Positions 61,719 to 64,000 of a stretch of DNA of 64,000 bases are shown here, in pieces. A model generated the notes under the pieces. That model was given only the letters and a program-made list of their open reading frames with translations, did not search any database and was not told the DNA's origin. Origin of the DNA: Podarcis bocagei (lineage: Eukaryota); the NCBI GenBank assembly GCA_964188305.1, contig OZ076892.1; one strand, 5' to 3'. Numbering within the stretch: the first letter of the stretch is position 1; each line of letters begins with the position of its first letter. Both the position numbers and the translations under genes were made by a program.

Positions 61719-64000
61719 TATCAGCGAAGTCACAGTTGAGACAGCAACATACCAAACACAACACTGCTTAAATAGCTCAAGTTTTTGGTTGACATCTTCT
61801 CTCTGAAAACAAAAGCCTCAGTGGGATAAACCATTCCTAGTGGGTGGACAGATGGTCTTAAATAGCCTGACTAAAATGAAGTCAAGAGATAAATGTGAAC
61901 TCCTGAACCCAGAGTATTGGCAATGCAATGCCTTGGAAGCAAAATGCTTGCTCTCAAGACAGCCAACCTCAGGCTTTACTCAGTTCTATTGCACCATCTC
62001 AAATTAACACTTTCCTCCATTGTTTAACATCTAGTTCTCCCCTCAAAAAATGTCACTTAAGAAGCAGAGATTCCAGATGCTACCTGTCACATCTCTTTAC
62101 ACTCCCTGGGTGCCTATTTTGCCAAAGAAAGGATAGCTGGAGTTTGTTTGAACACCATTCCCCACCAGGCCACCTCCAAGCACTCTGTTCCTAACTAGGC
62201 TGTGGCCATATTCAGAGGTGTATGCTGACTGAGGAAATGAAGTCTAGGCTACCAGGACCAGTTTAACCTGACCACAGCCTTTTCATAAGCATGAATCATA
62301 GCATCAGTTCTGTTATTAAAAAAACAAAGAAAAAAGAACCTTCATCACACAAGGGTGACACTGCAAAAAATATAAACATAATTCAGACTCAGTGGAGATG
62401 GACTCGTGAACTTAGCATGGGGGGGGGGGGCAGACTCTGTTCCTGATACAAAAATGGTTCAAGATCTCAGGGGCTGAAAATGTGAATTACTTTCTATAGA
62501 GGAAAAGCTTTTCATTCATGCCCCAAAGAGGAATGGTTGTTACAACAATTCAGACACCAAAAAGTCAACACTTGAATATATTAGAGATCAAATAACTTAA
62601 AAGAGATGTGGAAATCTTGTGCTCCACTTACCAGCCCATCATAGCTGGCTGAGGACAGGAACGGAAACCTGCTGGATTCCTTCTTACAGGGCCTGAGAAG
62701 GGCTTTATTACTTTTGTGCTGGGAAATAGCCTGTACTTTGCAATTACTTGCCTCAAATTTCCAGTACCTCAGCCACCACCAGGGGTGGTTCCATTAAAAA
62801 TTAGGAACAAAAGTAAAAAGCCCTCCCTTCAGCACTTTCATTTTTGCCAACTTCATAAATGTTTTGGGGTGATGATGGGGAAGGCTGCTGATATTCTCTG
62901 CCATTTTGTAGGTATCTACACTGCTTCTTGTACTGAATGTAAGAAAGACCCTGCTGGATCAGACCCTCTAGTCCAGCATCCTGTTTATAACTGTGGTCAA
63001 CCAGATATATGTCTACAAGATTCAAGTAGTCGGGGCACAAGGCAACAGCTCTTCCACTGCTGTCCCTCAGCAAGTGGAATTAAATGGTAGACTGTCTCTG
63101 AAAATGGAGGTTCCACATAGCAATCCTAACAAATAGCCATTGATAAAAAATCCCCATCATCCTCAATAAAAATTTGTCTAGACTTCCTTTAAAGCCACCT
63201 GTGACGCTGGCTGCCACCGTATCATCAACCTTTTATCTAGTTGCAATGGATTCCATAAACAACAAGGGGCTGTATGAAGTAGTACTTTTTCTGGGTCTAC
63301 TTTCTATGTCTCCAGTTAATGTTACTTGTGTGCTAGCTTATGTATTTTATCTTGCTTTTTGTAAGCTGCTTTGAGAGACTGCTGAAGCAGGGTATATACA
63401 CCTTTTCTATATACAAAAATAAGATTGTTACGTGCTCTCTCTGGGGCCCTTTTCCTACTGGAAGGGGAGAGGGGAATATCTTCTGTCAAAGCAGCCATCA
63501 TTTTTGTGGCCTCCTTGATCTAACCCCGCTAAACACACTTAGATGTTTCCCTGGGCTGCCACTTGATCAAAACAAAGCAAGAACAATGGGTGCATACTGT
63601 TCTCTCCAACACCTCCTGCATCCTCTGTCCCTGTTTCTCTGCCATTACCCAATTCTGTCACGTCCTTAAGCCTCGAAAGCTCTAAAATCTGTTAGTCAGC
63701 AAAGTTTTGCCTCCCCACCATGCAGCCCTTTCCTGACCCATTTTTATATTGTACATACCAAATGTTGCTTCTTGCACCAATCCCTAGAGTGCATTAGTAA
63801 CAACCCCTTTATTGGTCATTTTCTTCTATTCTTTGTGGTCATTTAGCTAGTACTAAACATGGGGAAAGATTCCTGTTATTAAGTATGGCAACAGTCAGCT
63901 GCTCCTTTTATTACTTTTTACTTTATTTTTGCATATACAGGACAAAAGGGGAAGGCAGGTACATTCCTTGGGATGTTTCCTTTGATGTTTTAAGTTTTTG

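Overview
Eukaryotic genomic DNA from a squamate, most likely a lacertid lizard (lacertid-type Sauria SINE, Squam3-like SINEs, CR1, L2, L1 and hAT MITEs). Three spliced protein-coding genes were rebuilt by hand from GT-AG boundaries and reading phase. (1) CDH15/M-cadherin on +: 13 coding exons at 2205-13152; the signal-peptide exon 1 was not found and is probably upstream of the window. (2) SLC22A31 on -: 9 coding exons, ATG 23368 to TAG 14166, an intact 599-aa ORF with a CpG island at its 5' end. (3) The 3' part of ANKRD11 on -: exons equivalent to human 5-13 at 55024-35448, including a 6791-bp exon; the first coding exons lie beyond the window end. The order matches the human 16q24.3 block, but no ZNF778 is present. 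There is a 154-N assembly gap in the ANKRD11 3' UTR. The best candidates for unannotated biology are: a 61-nt poison exon in ANKRD11 intron 4 whose stop codon forms only at the exon junction; a 24-nt in-frame ANKRD11 microexon; a ~105-bp inverted duplication bracketing SLC22A31 exon 6; a 50-bp bidirectional poly(A) cassette shared by CDH15 and SLC22A31; a full-length 1.74-kb non-autonomous L1-type retroelement with perfect target-site duplications (TSDs); a PBX/MEIS-E-box-MCAT-RUNX myogenic enhancer candidate; and a ~4.3-kb ANKRD11 3' UTR with clustered Pumilio sites. These are sequence-only inferences and none has been validated.
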